Source: an uncultured Planctomycetota bacterium (lineage in GTDB: Bacteria; Planctomycetota; Phycisphaerae; Tepidisphaerales; Tepidisphaeraceae). Taken from it: DNA of 64,000 nucleotides. The notes beneath the pieces are model-generated. The model searched no databases. It saw only the letters and a list, made by a program, of their open reading frames with translations, and was not told the origin of the DNA. The position numbers were made by a program, and so were the translations under genes. Positions within the stretch are counted from its first letter, which is position 1. Each line of letters starts with the position of its first letter. The DNA is taken from positions 640,001-704,000 of the forward strand of contig CAWJEN010000005.1 of the NCBI GenBank assembly GCA_963841915.1, written 5' to 3'. Positions 40,303 through 50,303 of the stretch are shown in pieces.

Positions 40303-41676
40303 ATGACACCGACCCGCCGCCAGTTTCTGCAGACGTCTGTCACCGCCGCCTCTGCCGTGACGGCTTTGGGTGCGGCCAGCCGCGCCACCAAGCCCGCGAC
40401 GGTCGACGGTCAGAAGCGGCCCAACGTGCTGTGGCTCATCAGCGAAGACATGGGTCAGCAGCTTGGCTGCTACGGCTTTCCCATTCGCACGCCCAATGTC
40501 GACCGGCTCGCCCGCGAGGGCACGCAGTTTCAGCGGGCGTTCTGCAGCTCGCCGATCTGCTCGCCCAGCCGGTCGGCCTTCACGACCGGCATGTACGCCA
40601 CGACCATCGGTGCCCACAACCACCGCACCGCACCCGAGGACAAACAACCCTTGCCCGAGGGCGTGAAGATCGCCCCCGAGTGGTTCAAGCAGGCCGGTTA
40701 CCACACCTGCATCCCCGGCTCGACCAAGACCGACTGGAACTTCGTCCACGCAGGCGACACGGGCAACAAGGCCGGGCCCGACGGCGCGTACGACAGCCTC
40801 GACTGGTCCGACCGAAAGCCGGGGCAGCCGTTCTTTGCCATGCTCAACTTCGGCGAGCCGCATCGCTACGTGTGGGGCGGCTGGGACGACCTGGCCTTTC
40901 ACCACGACCCCGACACCGTGCCCGTTCCGCCGATCTACCCGGACCTGCCGATCATGCGGCAGAACGTGGCAAAGTACATGGACTTCATCGTCGAGATGGA
41001 TCGCAAGCTCGGCCTGGTCCTGGACCGCCTCGAGGCCGAGGGCGAGCTCGACAACACCATCATCTTCTACTTCGGCGACAACGGCCGCACCATTTATCGC
41101 GGTAAGCAGTGGCTCTACGACGAAGGCCTCAGCGTGCCGCTCATCGCAAGGCACCCCGACTGGTTCGCGCCGGGCTCAATCAACGACGACCTGGTGTCGC
41201 TGATCGATGTGCTGCCGACGTCGTTGTCGTTGATCGGCCAGCGCGTGCCCGAGGCGATGCAAGGCCGCGTGCTCGTCGGCGACGACAGGACCGAGCCGGC
41301 GGACTATGTGTTCGCCAGCCGCGACACGAGCGACACGATTCCCGACCTGATCCGCAGCGTGCGGGACAAGCGGTACAAGTACATCCGCAACGACCGACCG
41401 GAGCTGGCCTACCCCGGTTCGCCTTACGTCAAGGCCAAGCACCCCGAATGGACGGAGGCCTATGACGCCTACGTCTCAGGCCGTCTGACCGAAGCTCAGT
41501 CGGCCTACTTCGCCGACGCCAAGCCACCCGTGGAGCTCTACGACATCCAGGCCGACCCGTACGAGGTCCACAACCTCGCCACCGACCCGGCCCACGCCCC
41601 CGTCGCCAAACGCCTCAAGGCGGCACTGGAGACATGGATCAAAGAGTCCGGCGACGTCGTGCTGGCAGGCAAGTAG
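40303..41676 (+). CDS. Tat-exported formylglycine-dependent sulfatase
   Basis: TRRQFL twin-arginine signal, RPNVLWLISED, CSPSR, FGDNG, ELYDIQADPYE. Confidence 0.93.
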   Translation: MTPTRRQFLQTSVTAASAVTALGAASRATKPATVDGQKRPNVLWLISEDMGQQLGCYGFPIRTPNVDRLAREGTQFQRAFCSSPICSPSRSAFTTGMYATTIGAHNHRTAPEDKQPLPEGVKIAPEWFKQAGYHTCIPGSTKTDWNFVHAGDTGNKAGPDGAYDSLDWSDRKPGQPFFAMLNFGEPHRYVWGGWDDLAFHHDPDTVPVPPIYPDLPIMRQNVAKYMDFIVEMDRKLGLVLDRLEAEGELDNTIIFYFGDNGRTIYRGKQWLYDEGLSVPLIARHPDWFAPGSINDDLVSLIDVLPTSLSLIGQRVPEAMQGRVLVGDDRTEPADYVFASRDTSDTIPDLIRSVRDKRYKYIRNDRPELAYPGSPYVKAKHPEWTEAYDAYVSGRLTEAQSAYFADAKPPVELYDIQADPYEVHNLATDPAHAPVAKRLKAALETWIKESGDVVLAGK

Positions 41677-41737
41677 TGGGCCTCGAGCCGCGTGAAGGTG
41701 GCGACCGATGCGGGTGGGCTCCTCGATGCGGGTGGGC

Positions 41738-41869
41738 TCACGGTGGGCAAGGCAGATAACGCATTTGGATGTCCGCTTCAAAGTCACGCCACACGTCGAT
41801 CGGCACGACGGCTGCTTTGCGGTGGCCGTCGGCGTCGGCGAGGTCACGGATGTCGTCAAGGTTCAGCGT
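41738..41869 (-). pseudogene. Possible truncated antitoxin (Phd/YefM-like) remnant
   Basis: GAGG then ACG (mutated ATG?) LNLDDIRDLADADGHRKAAVVPIDVWRDFEADIQMRYL; ends at a 16-bp direct repeat. Confidence 0.3.
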
Positions 41870-41908
41870 CTCTGCCTCACGATAACGCAGCGATCCGTAC
41901 CCCGCGGC

Positions 41909-43840
41909 TCAGTGCCCCAGCCCCGCGGCCGTGGCCGCTTCGTGCCCGACGGTGGGCAGGTGCGGGTCTTCGGGCTCGCGGATCGAGTCGATCATCGCCT
42001 TGACCTTGTCGCTCGGGGCCGGGAACAGGGGCATCAGGGCCAGCGTGACGGCGAAGTTGACGAGCATGCCGATCGTGCCGATGCCCTGGGCGTCGATGCC
42101 CAGCAGCCACTTCGTTCGCAGCACGCTGTCGGCGGCGAAGAGCGTCTCGGACAGGCCGTCACCGAGGATGGCGTTGGACTTCTGCGTGATGATGTAGGCC
42201 ATCGTGAACGTCAGCCCGACCACCATGCCGGCCACGGCGGGGACGGTGCCCAGGCGCTTGGTGAAGATGCCCAGCACGATCGCCGGGAAGAAGCTTGCCG
42301 CCGCCAACCCAAAGGCCAGGGCCACCACTTCACCCGCAAATCCGGGCGGACTGACGCCGAAGTAACCGGCAATGACGACCGCAAACGCGATGGCGATGCG
42401 GCCGACGAGCAGCCGCTGTTTCTCGCTGGCGTCGGGCGCAACGACGCGGAAGTAGAAGTCGTGGGCGACGCTGGAGCTGATGACGAGCAGCAGGCCGCTG
42501 GCGGTCGACAAGGCCGCCGCCAATCCACCGGCGGCGACAAAGGCGACGATCCAGTCGGCCAGATTCGCCATCTCGGGCGTGGCCAGCACAATGATGTCGT
42601 TGTCCGGCTGGGGCTTTCCGCCCATGTCCGTCAGCGTCGCGTGGGCATCGGGCGTGGCAGCGGCCCACGCGGTCGGATCGGCTTGGATGGCTTCGCGTTG
42701 GGTGCGGTCGACGCCGCTGAGGTTCCAGACTTCGTTGGGCGTGACGCCGTCGACGATTTCGCCGGTGCGGTTGGCGGTGTAGCTGACGGTGCCGTTGCCG
42801 TCGAGGTCGACCCAGTCGATGAGGCCGCTGGTCCGCCAGTTCTGGAACCAGTCGGGCAGCGTTTCGTTCGTGCGCTCGTTCAGCCCGGCGACCGGATCGA
42901 TCATGTAGTACCGCGCAAAGGCACCGACGGCAGGCGCGGTCATGTAGAGCAGGCTGATGAAGCCCAGCGCGTAGAACGCACTCCACCTTGCGGCGCGGAC
43001 GTTCTTGACCGTGTAGAAGCGGACGATCACGTGCGGCAGCCCCGCGGTGCCGAACATAAGGGCGGCCGTCACGCACAGGACGTTGAGCTTGTTGAAGCCG
43101 ATCGCGCCGGGTTCGGTATAGCTGCCGAAGCCGAACGCTTCGTTGAGATTGCTGAGCTTTTCAAGGAGATACGGCCGCATCGGGTCGACGGCCTCGGTGA
43201 CCTGCGAGCCCAAACCGATCGACGGAATGGGCGTGCCGGTGAGCTTGATGCTGATGGCGATGGCCGGGACGAGGAAGGCGGTAATGAGGACCCAGTACTG
43301 GGCGACCTGCGTCCAGGTGATGCCCTTCATGCCACCGAGCACGCTGTAGACGAAGACGATCACCATGCCGATGACGACACCGACGGTGAGGTCGACATCG
43401 AGGAATCGGCTGAAGACGACGCCGACGCCCTTCATCTGGCCGACGACGTAGGTGAAGCTGACGAACAACGCGCAGACGACTGCGACGAGTCGTGCGGTGG
43501 TCGATTCATACCGGTCACCGATGAAGTCGGGCACGGTGTAGCTGCCGAACTTGCGAAGATACGGCGCAAGAAGCAGTGCGAGCAGGACGTACCCGCCGGT
43601 CCAACCCATGAGGTAGACACCACCGGCGTAGCCGAGGGTGCTGATGAGGCCCGCCATGCCGATGAAGCTGGCGGCGCTCATCCAGTCGGCGGCGGTGGCC
43701 ATGCCGTTGGCGACGGCCGGCACGCCCTGGCCTGCGACGTAGAAGCCCTTGGTGTCTCGCACGCGGGCGAGCCAGGCGATGAACAGGTAGAGCGAGAAGG
43801 TCCCGCCGACGAAAATCCAGGTCCAGACGGCGGTGGTCAC
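41909..43840 (-). CDS. Sodium:solute symporter, ActP-like (cation/acetate)
   Basis: GMATAADWMSAASFIG, GWTGGYVLL, GTAGLPHVIVRFYTV, AAALSTASGLLL. Confidence 0.9.
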   Translation of the reverse strand: MTTAVWTWIFVGGTFSLYLFIAWLARVRDTKGFYVAGQGVPAVANGMATAADWMSAASFIGMAGLISTLGYAGGVYLMGWTGGYVLLALLLAPYLRKFGSYTVPDFIGDRYESTTARLVAVVCALFVSFTYVVGQMKGVGVVFSRFLDVDLTVGVVIGMVIVFVYSVLGGMKGITWTQVAQYWVLITAFLVPAIAISIKLTGTPIPSIGLGSQVTEAVDPMRPYLLEKLSNLNEAFGFGSYTEPGAIGFNKLNVLCVTAALMFGTAGLPHVIVRFYTVKNVRAARWSAFYALGFISLLYMTAPAVGAFARYYMIDPVAGLNERTNETLPDWFQNWRTSGLIDWVDLDGNGTVSYTANRTGEIVDGVTPNEVWNLSGVDRTQREAIQADPTAWAAATPDAHATLTDMGGKPQPDNDIIVLATPEMANLADWIVAFVAAGGLAAALSTASGLLLVISSSVAHDFYFRVVAPDASEKQRLLVGRIAIAFAVVIAGYFGVSPPGFAGEVVALAFGLAAASFFPAIVLGIFTKRLGTVPAVAGMVVGLTFTMAYIITQKSNAILGDGLSETLFAADSVLRTKWLLGIDAQGIGTIGMLVNFAVTLALMPLFPAPSDKVKAMIDSIREPEDPHLPTVGHEAATAAGLGH

Positions 43841-44127
43841 TTCGTCACCTCCCCGAGTTCACGGCGGAATTTGCGTTCGAGCGCGCCCATGGCCAGCGCG
43901 TAGACGAGGATGAGGGCGACGAAGACGAGGATGCTGCCCTGCTGGGCCATCCAGAATCCGAAGGGCACGCCGCCAAGGCTGAAGCGATTGAGCGCGTCAG
44001 CGAACAGGATGCCTCCACCGATGCCCGCCAAGGCCCAGATGGCCAGCAGGACGCCGGTCAGGGCGAGCGTTCGCCTCCAATAGCGGTCAATGGCCTCTTG
44101 CCGGGCGGAGCTGGTGGTGTTGGTCAT
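43837..44127 (-). CDS. DUF4212 symporter-associated small membrane protein
   Basis: YWRR...LNRFSLGGVPFGFWMAQQGSI; GAGGAGG RBS; stop overlaps the symporter start. Confidence 0.88.
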   Translation of the reverse strand: MTNTTSSARQEAIDRYWRRTLALTGVLLAIWALAGIGGGILFADALNRFSLGGVPFGFWMAQQGSILVFVALILVYALAMGALERKFRRELGEVTK

Positions 44128-44369
44128 GGGTTCCTCCTCGAAAGCTGCAGAGACTACAGCACACAGGGCCATCGCCACAAACCGACCGCCCCGCCGAGTC
44201 GCCTGACGAGGCCACTGCGTTGTCCCTCCGCCTGGGTCACCACAACAACCGACTCGCGTACAGGCCGCTAACGCATTCGAACCCTTGGACTGGTGATAAT
44301 CCTCTATAATTAGTGCAAACCACTGGCTTGGGCGTGCCGTTCGTCGCTGCAAGCCAGGCCCGAATTGGG

Positions 44370-44398
44370 TTGACACAGAAGTTCCTGATCGTTACAAC
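44370..44398 (+). promoter_or_regulatory. Candidate sigma70 promoter
   Basis: TTGACA-N17-TACAAC upstream of AGGAG/ATG 44471. Confidence 0.55.
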
Positions 44399-44470
44399 CC
44401 CACCTGGTGCCGGCGAGGAGGTCGGCACCGCCCCCATCCCATCTGGCCGTTCATCGGCCCAGGAGTAGCC

Positions 44471-47400
44471 ATGAAGTTGTTCCCCACGACGCGCCTCGCA
44501 CGCGTTCGGCAGGCTGTCGACTCCGTTGTTCTCGTCGACCCGCTCGAGCCTCGTCGCCTGCTGGCCGGTTGGCAGGCGTTTCACCCCGGTAGCGGCGGGC
44601 AAATGCAGGACCTGGAGCTCGACCCCAACAACCCGGGCGTCGCCTACTCGCTCAGCGACGTCAGCGGGCTGACCAAAACGACCAACTACGGCGACACCTG
44701 GGTCAGCCTTCCGGCGGTCAACACGAACAGCCTGCTCGGCATGGAGGTCGACCCGCACGACTCCGACCACCTCATACTCGGCACGATGCGAGGCGTCATC
44801 GAGTCGTTCGACGGCGGCGTCAGCTGGGACGACCTGGCCGGCACCACGCAGGAGTTCGGTCGCGAGTCGACGACGCTCCGCACCGGCCTGCCCGTTGCCA
44901 CCATCGAGTTCGACGACACCAACTCGGGACGTGCTTACTTTGCCAACAGCTGGCTCATCAAAAACTCGCTCAACGTCTGGAACGAGTTCGACTTCAAGAA
45001 CGACAAAATCGTCAACGGCGTTCGTGACGAAAGCAGCGACATCCGCCACCCCGGTGTCATCTACCGACGCGACCCGGCGCTGGGCGGTGACAAGTGGCAG
45101 CAGGTCACCTTCGAGCCGAACACGGCCAACGAGTACATGAACGTGTACTCGATCGTCTCAAACCCCGATCGGCCGCAACAAGTGTTCGTCGCCGCCCACA
45201 CCGGCATCTACCGAAGCGACAACTACGGCCAAAGCTGGCAGAAACTGCCAGGGCCGACCGATCTGGGCCAGATCGACCGTTACGCCAGCGGCATCGAAGT
45301 CAGCCCCGACGGCCAGCGGCTTTACGCAACGTACAAGCTGCAGAACGGGTTTTACGGCGACCTCGTCAACCGCGACGCCGACAGCAAGCCCGACGGCCCG
45401 TCGGTCGCGTTTTACGTGGCCGAGAACATCACCAACGGCAACAACGCCGGCAACACAACGTGGACCAAGGCAAGCAAAGACCTGTCGATCGGCCTCAGCA
45501 CCGACGGCGGTGCGTACAGCGCGCTCTACTGGAATCCCATCGTCGATCCCGACACAACCGACGGCGTCGACAAGGTCCTGCTCGGCTCGCTGGGCGGCAG
45601 CCCGGGACTGTGGCAGGCGGACTTCGACACCGGCGTGCCTGTCAACACCACACTGGCCGACAACTCCGAGTGGAACCGCATTCTGTTCAGCAGCAACCGC
45701 AGCGGCATCAACGGCGTCGACGACCTGTCGTTCCAGTACGACATGGGCTGGGACAAGGTCAACATCGGCTCCCGCATCTACACCTTCACGCCCGACAACT
45801 GGCAGCAGGCCAACGCCAACAAAGCCGGTGATCTTTGGGTGCAAGCGGGCCAACGCATCTTCGTCGGTGACACCACGCCCGGCGACGAAACGGCGTCGCG
45901 GCCTTGGCCTTACACGCCGGACAGCTGGGTGCCGCGCTACACGCAGCGGTACGACGACCCGAACGATCCCAACGACGCCGGCGGCTTTGAGACGTACGGC
46001 ACGACGGGCATTCAGTCGACCGTCAACTTCGAGTCGGCCGGTTACCAGAATTACATCGTGCAGGTCAAGGCTGACAACGGCCTCATCGAAAGCTTCGACA
46101 GCGGCCAGAGCTGGACGAGCCAGCACCGCCCGGCGCTGGTGGGCAACGTCGGCACGAACGGAAAGGCGGTGCAGATTTTCAGCAACACCGGCGCAACGCC
46201 CATCGTGCTGGCCGCAAGCGGTGGCGGCTTCGGCTCCAACGCGTACAACTTCCGGCTCCACGCGATGGAGCTCAACACGCTGACCTACGCCGACACCTGG
46301 ATCGATGGCGTCAGCACAGGACGCGGGCTCAACGAACGCAACGTCATCCGCGACATCACTCCGGCGGCTGACGGGCTGGGCTTCTACATCATCAGCGAAG
46401 CCAGCAACGCCAACACCAACAACAATCTCCCGTACGCACCGGGCGGCATTTTCTACTTCGCCGACGTGCGTCAGCTGCTGAATCCCAACAGCTCGATGCA
46501 GTTCCAGCGCTTACCGATGGCCGCCGGCGAGTTCGATCGACAAGGCTCGCGGATCGAGATCGACCCCAACGACCCGAACCGCCTCTTCGTCTACGGAAAA
46601 GACAACGAGGGCGGCAACCAGACCGGCGGGCCCGGCAACCTCTACGTCTACGAACGCTCCAACGGCGTCTGGTCGAGCACCAACATCGACTCGCAGCTCG
46701 ACGACATCACCGCCTGGGCCGACGGCAGTCAGACGTACGTCGCCTACTCCAAGGCCAGCACGTCGGGCGGCAGCGTGACCAGCGCAAGCCTGTTCCTCTC
46801 CGCCGATGCCGGTGACAACTTCACCGAAATCGTCACGCTCGATGCCACCAATACCAATCCCGCGTTCGAACTCGTACTCGGCTACGACTTCGGCCGCACG
46901 ATCACCGGTCTTGTCGGGTACAACGACAGCCTCTTCTACGGCACCGATCTGGCGGCGCACCGCAAAGGCCTGACGATGAACCGGGCCGACATCAGCGGCA
47001 CCGCCGGCTCCCCGACCGTTAACGTGGTCGACGTCACAACGGTCGACGGCGACACCCACCCCGACCCGCGGATGCGACGAGCCGGTGTGATCGACGTCAA
47101 CGGCGTGCCCTACATCGCAACCGACACCAGCGGCAGCGGACTCTGGGTCGCACCCGTCGCAGCACTGCTGGGCAACGGTGGTGGTGGCGGTGGGGGTAAC
47201 GGGCAGCAGCCGTTCGGCGGAACGCCCCGCTCCATCAGCAACGGCAGCGTCATCGAGGCAGAGGACTTCGATCAGGGCGGACAGGACGTCGCCTGGAACG
47301 ACACCAGCGTCGGCAACGGTCCCGGTGGGTATCGCAGTGGCGTTGATGTCGACGTCGTCTCCCGATCCAAGGCCAGCAACGGATTTGTCATCGGCCAGAC

Positions 47401-48469
47401 CAAACCGGGCGAATGGACCGAATACACCGTCGACAGCGACGGCGGCGCGTTCGACATCAGCCTCAGCTACGCCGCCAAGGAAGCGACCACCAGCGATGTG
47501 CTCCTGGAGTTCAACGGCAACGTCGTCGGCACCTTCAGCAACCTGCCCAGCACCGGCGGCTGGAACAACTTCAACATCGCCAACCTCACCGCAACACTGC
47601 CGGCCGGTAGCGGTGTGCTGCGGATGACAAGCCTCGGCGACCAGGTGCACCTCGACTCGCTGTCGTTCCTCGGCGGCACCGTTCGCAACGTGCCGGCACC
47701 CGACCACCGCTGGCGGTTCGATGGAGACCTCGACGACTCCGAAGGCTCGGCCGACGGGTCGGCCGTCGGGACGCTCTCGTACTCCGGCGTCGCCGCCACC
47801 GGCTCGCAGTCGCTCGTCCTCGACGGCGGCAGCGAGTTCGTCGCCGTCGACGACAGCGACCTCGAAGACAGTTTCACCTCCTACACGCTGGCCGTCTGGT
47901 ACCGCCTCGACGCCCTCAACAACACGCAGATCCTCTACGAAGAGGGCGGCGGTGACGACGGCATCGACCTGCGTATCTCCAGCGGCGTGCTACGGGCGAC
48001 CGTCTCGGCAGGTGGTGCACGCTTCGGCCGAACCGCGCCCACCGGTCTCGGCACGAGCCTCAATACCTGGCACCTGGCGGTCGTGACCTACGACGGCAGC
48101 GACGCCGGCAGGCTCACGCTCTACGTCGACGGCTCGACCAGCTACGCCCAGCGGGCGACGAACCTTGCGTCCATTCCCGCTCACAGCGACCCGGCCGGCA
48201 TCGGCGGACGCAACGGACTTGGCCTCTACAACGGCACGAGCAGCGGCGACGGCCTCGACGGCCGCATCGATGACGTGCAGGTCTGGAACAACCGCGTCCT
48301 GACCGCTACCGAGATCCAGGCGATCTATGACGAACTCGGCACCGCCGCCGCCACGGCCACAGGCAACGGCGGCTTCAACCTCGTCCGCCAGTTTGCCACC
48401 CCAGACGCCACCCGCAGCCTGTTCTCCGATGACTTCATCGACGAGGAGCAAGTTCTGTCGCTGGTTTAA
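44471..48469 (+). CDS. Large extracellular protein: LEPRRLLA leader, Asp-box beta-propellers, CBM6/35-like module, LamG domain
   Basis: DPLEPRRLLA; Asp-boxes (SFDGGVSW, SDNYGQSW, SFDSGQSW); IEAEDFDQGG...GEWTEYTV; WRFDG...WHLAVVTYDG...GRIDDVQVWN. Confidence 0.8.
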   Translation: MKLFPTTRLARVRQAVDSVVLVDPLEPRRLLAGWQAFHPGSGGQMQDLELDPNNPGVAYSLSDVSGLTKTTNYGDTWVSLPAVNTNSLLGMEVDPHDSDHLILGTMRGVIESFDGGVSWDDLAGTTQEFGRESTTLRTGLPVATIEFDDTNSGRAYFANSWLIKNSLNVWNEFDFKNDKIVNGVRDESSDIRHPGVIYRRDPALGGDKWQQVTFEPNTANEYMNVYSIVSNPDRPQQVFVAAHTGIYRSDNYGQSWQKLPGPTDLGQIDRYASGIEVSPDGQRLYATYKLQNGFYGDLVNRDADSKPDGPSVAFYVAENITNGNNAGNTTWTKASKDLSIGLSTDGGAYSALYWNPIVDPDTTDGVDKVLLGSLGGSPGLWQADFDTGVPVNTTLADNSEWNRILFSSNRSGINGVDDLSFQYDMGWDKVNIGSRIYTFTPDNWQQANANKAGDLWVQAGQRIFVGDTTPGDETASRPWPYTPDSWVPRYTQRYDDPNDPNDAGGFETYGTTGIQSTVNFESAGYQNYIVQVKADNGLIESFDSGQSWTSQHRPALVGNVGTNGKAVQIFSNTGATPIVLAASGGGFGSNAYNFRLHAMELNTLTYADTWIDGVSTGRGLNERNVIRDITPAADGLGFYIISEASNANTNNNLPYAPGGIFYFADVRQLLNPNSSMQFQRLPMAAGEFDRQGSRIEIDPNDPNRLFVYGKDNEGGNQTGGPGNLYVYERSNGVWSSTNIDSQLDDITAWADGSQTYVAYSKASTSGGSVTSASLFLSADAGDNFTEIVTLDATNTNPAFELVLGYDFGRTITGLVGYNDSLFYGTDLAAHRKGLTMNRADISGTAGSPTVNVVDVTTVDGDTHPDPRMRRAGVIDVNGVPYIATDTSGSGLWVAPVAALLGNGGGGGGGNGQQPFGGTPRSISNGSVIEAEDFDQGGQDVAWNDTSVGNGPGGYRSGVDVDVVSRSKASNGFVIGQTKPGEWTEYTVDSDGGAFDISLSYAAKEATTSDVLLEFNGNVVGTFSNLPSTGGWNNFNIANLTATLPAGSGVLRMTSLGDQVHLDSLSFLGGTVRNVPAPDHRWRFDGDLDDSEGSADGSAVGTLSYSGVAATGSQSLVLDGGSEFVAVDDSDLEDSFTSYTLAVWYRLDALNNTQILYEEGGGDDGIDLRISSGVLRATVSAGGARFGRTAPTGLGTSLNTWHLAVVTYDGSDAGRLTLYVDGSTSYAQRATNLASIPAHSDPAGIGGRNGLGLYNGTSSGDGLDGRIDDVQVWNNRVLTATEIQAIYDELGTAAATATGNGGFNLVRQFATPDATRSLFSDDFIDEEQVLSLV

Positions 48470-48488
48470 ACTTCATCCTCGACCTCAA

Positions 48489-48519
48489 GGGCGGGGCCGC
48501 TTCGGCGGCCTCGCTTTTT
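48489..48519 (+). terminator. Intrinsic terminator
   Basis: GC stem gcggggccgc-TTCG-gcggcctcgc followed by TTTTT. Confidence 0.85.
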
Positions 48520-48628
48520 CAATGGTGAAGCATGCGTGACACACCTGTGCAAGGACTATCTGTCACACACTTCCCGCTCCTGCGAAAAGCTATAGACACG
48601 TATAGTTCTCGCGTCCAGAAGGGACATC

Positions 48629-49132
48629 ATGAACCACTCGAAGACCTCCGTCGCGAACCGCTTGATCTCGACCTGGTTCCGTTGGTTCGATCCACTCGAT
48701 GCGGCCATCAGTGGCCTGCTCGACCGCTACGGCATTCGTCTGCTGCGGTGGGCATTGGCGTTCATCTTTATCGCGTTCGGCATCCTCAAACCGCTGGGCG
48801 TCAGCCCGGCAGAAGGGTTGCTGCGGGCGACGATCGATTGGGTGCCGTTCGTCACGACCGGCTTCATGTTGCACGCGATCGGCTGGTGGGAAGTGCTCAT
48901 CGGCGTCTGCTTCTTGTGGAGGCCGACGATCCGTGTTGCGATTCTCTTGCTGGCGATGCAGATGGTCGGCACGTTCATGCCGCTCGTGCTCGTGCCGTCG
49001 GCGACGTGGCAGAAGGACGTGTGGGCCCCGACGCTGGAGGGGCAGTACATCTTCAAGAACCTGCTCATCATCGCCGCCGCCATGGTCGTCGGCGGAACCG
49101 TGCGACACCGCGACGACACGCGGCGGCTGTAA
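48629..49132 (+). CDS. DoxX/DUF417-like membrane protein
   Basis: LLRWALAFIFIAFGILK...SPA...PTLEGQYIFKNL. Confidence 0.8.
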   Translation: MNHSKTSVANRLISTWFRWFDPLDAAISGLLDRYGIRLLRWALAFIFIAFGILKPLGVSPAEGLLRATIDWVPFVTTGFMLHAIGWWEVLIGVCFLWRPTIRVAILLLAMQMVGTFMPLVLVPSATWQKDVWAPTLEGQYIFKNLLIIAAAMVVGGTVRHRDDTRRL

Positions 49133-49203
49133 GTCAGTCGGCCATCGCGCATCGGCCGACGGCTGAAGCGGCACGTTTGCTTCGAATTCGGTACGCTGCG
49201 GCG

Positions 49204-50196
49204 ATGCCGATACGCCTCGCGATCGTCGTCAGCCTGTTCATCGCCACTGCCGTCCTGGCGCAATCCGGTACGGGACCGGCCGCAGCCGTCAAGGATCGTC
49301 AGACGCGAGAGGTGTACGACGTCCGGCACCTCGTCGGTGGCGACTTCGAATCCGCCGACGACGTGGCTAGGGACGTCAGAACTCACGTCGACAAATACGG
49401 GTGGCGGATCTTTGGCGGAACAAACGGCGTGATCAGCGTTTTCAACGACCGACTCGCTGTCACCGCGCCAAAGTCGACGCAGCGGATGGTCAACGACTTC
49501 CTGAAGTTGCTCGCTGCCCGGCCGACTCGCCCGGCCGAACGTCGACCCGAGCCGGTCGAAGCGGTCGTGTTTCCTGCTCCGGTGCACGATGACATGACGC
49601 TCGGTGAGCTTGTTACGATCATAGACGCCATTCCCGATGCAGCTGTTGACGTCAACTGGGAGGAGCTCAAGATGGTCGGCGTCAGCGAGACGAGCGAAAT
49701 CCGCGTGCACTGTGATGTCGACACGCCGGTGCTGGACGTTCTAACGCGAGTGATGCCGGAAGCTGTTGAAGACGCATGGGTTCAGGTGTTGTCAGAGGGC
49801 GATCGCATTCGTGTGACGACAATCGACGACCCGACGCTGCCTCAGGCTTCGGTGGTGTACGACATCGACGGCCTGGTGAAGTCGTTGGAGGCGGCGAAGC
49901 CGACACAGCAGAACGGCAATGGCGGCGCTCAAGGCGGTGGAGGTGGTTACGGTGGCGGTGGCTTTGGTGGCGGTGGCGGTGGCGGCGGTTTGGGTGGCGA
50001 TCAACTCTCCCCCGCTGATGAAATCGCAGCCGTTGTGCGTGAGTCCGTCATACCTCATGCTCTGGGCGACAGCCTCGGCGGACTGATTGAAATTTCGCCG
50101 CTGACAACCAAGCTCGTTGTCACTGCGCCGGATCACGTCCAGAAGGACGTCTCCGATCTGCTCGCCAAGTTGGCGTCATCGATGGCCAAGCCGTGA
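49204..50196 (+). CDS. Exported protein with two secretin-N-domain-like repeats and a Gly-rich loop
   Basis: Signal peptide; VYDVRHLV...LAVTAPKSTQRMVNDFLKLL and VYDIDGLV...LVVTAPDHVQKDVSDLLAKL. Confidence 0.65.
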   Translation: MPIRLAIVVSLFIATAVLAQSGTGPAAAVKDRQTREVYDVRHLVGGDFESADDVARDVRTHVDKYGWRIFGGTNGVISVFNDRLAVTAPKSTQRMVNDFLKLLAARPTRPAERRPEPVEAVVFPAPVHDDMTLGELVTIIDAIPDAAVDVNWEELKMVGVSETSEIRVHCDVDTPVLDVLTRVMPEAVEDAWVQVLSEGDRIRVTTIDDPTLPQASVVYDIDGLVKSLEAAKPTQQNGNGGAQGGGGGYGGGGFGGGGGGGGLGGDQLSPADEIAAVVRESVIPHALGDSLGGLIEISPLTTKLVVTAPDHVQKDVSDLLAKLASSMAKP

Positions 50197-50303
50197 GGCG
50201 ATTGAGCCCGCTTGCCCCTCGCCAACCGCGGGAGGTTGTCAGCAGCGTTCAACACCCGTGAAATCACAACCAAACCCGTTCTTTCAGCATAGTCTGAAAC
50301 AGC

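Noticed and set aside
41708..43903. Long antisense ORFs (731 aa here; also 480-2033, 6428-8074, 23877-25295, 31868-33358)
   Set aside because: Shadows of well-supported genes on the opposite strand or in another frame, expected at high GC3; no motifs
48536..48605. Inverted motifs gtgaca...tgtcac and ctatagacacgtatag upstream of the DoxX-like gene
   Set aside because: Single occurrence with no cognate regulator; cannot be distinguished from chance
49918..49998. GGT/GGC tandem repeat as VNTR or CRISPR
   Set aside because: Encodes an in-frame poly-Gly loop; no repeat-spacer structure and no cas genes in the window
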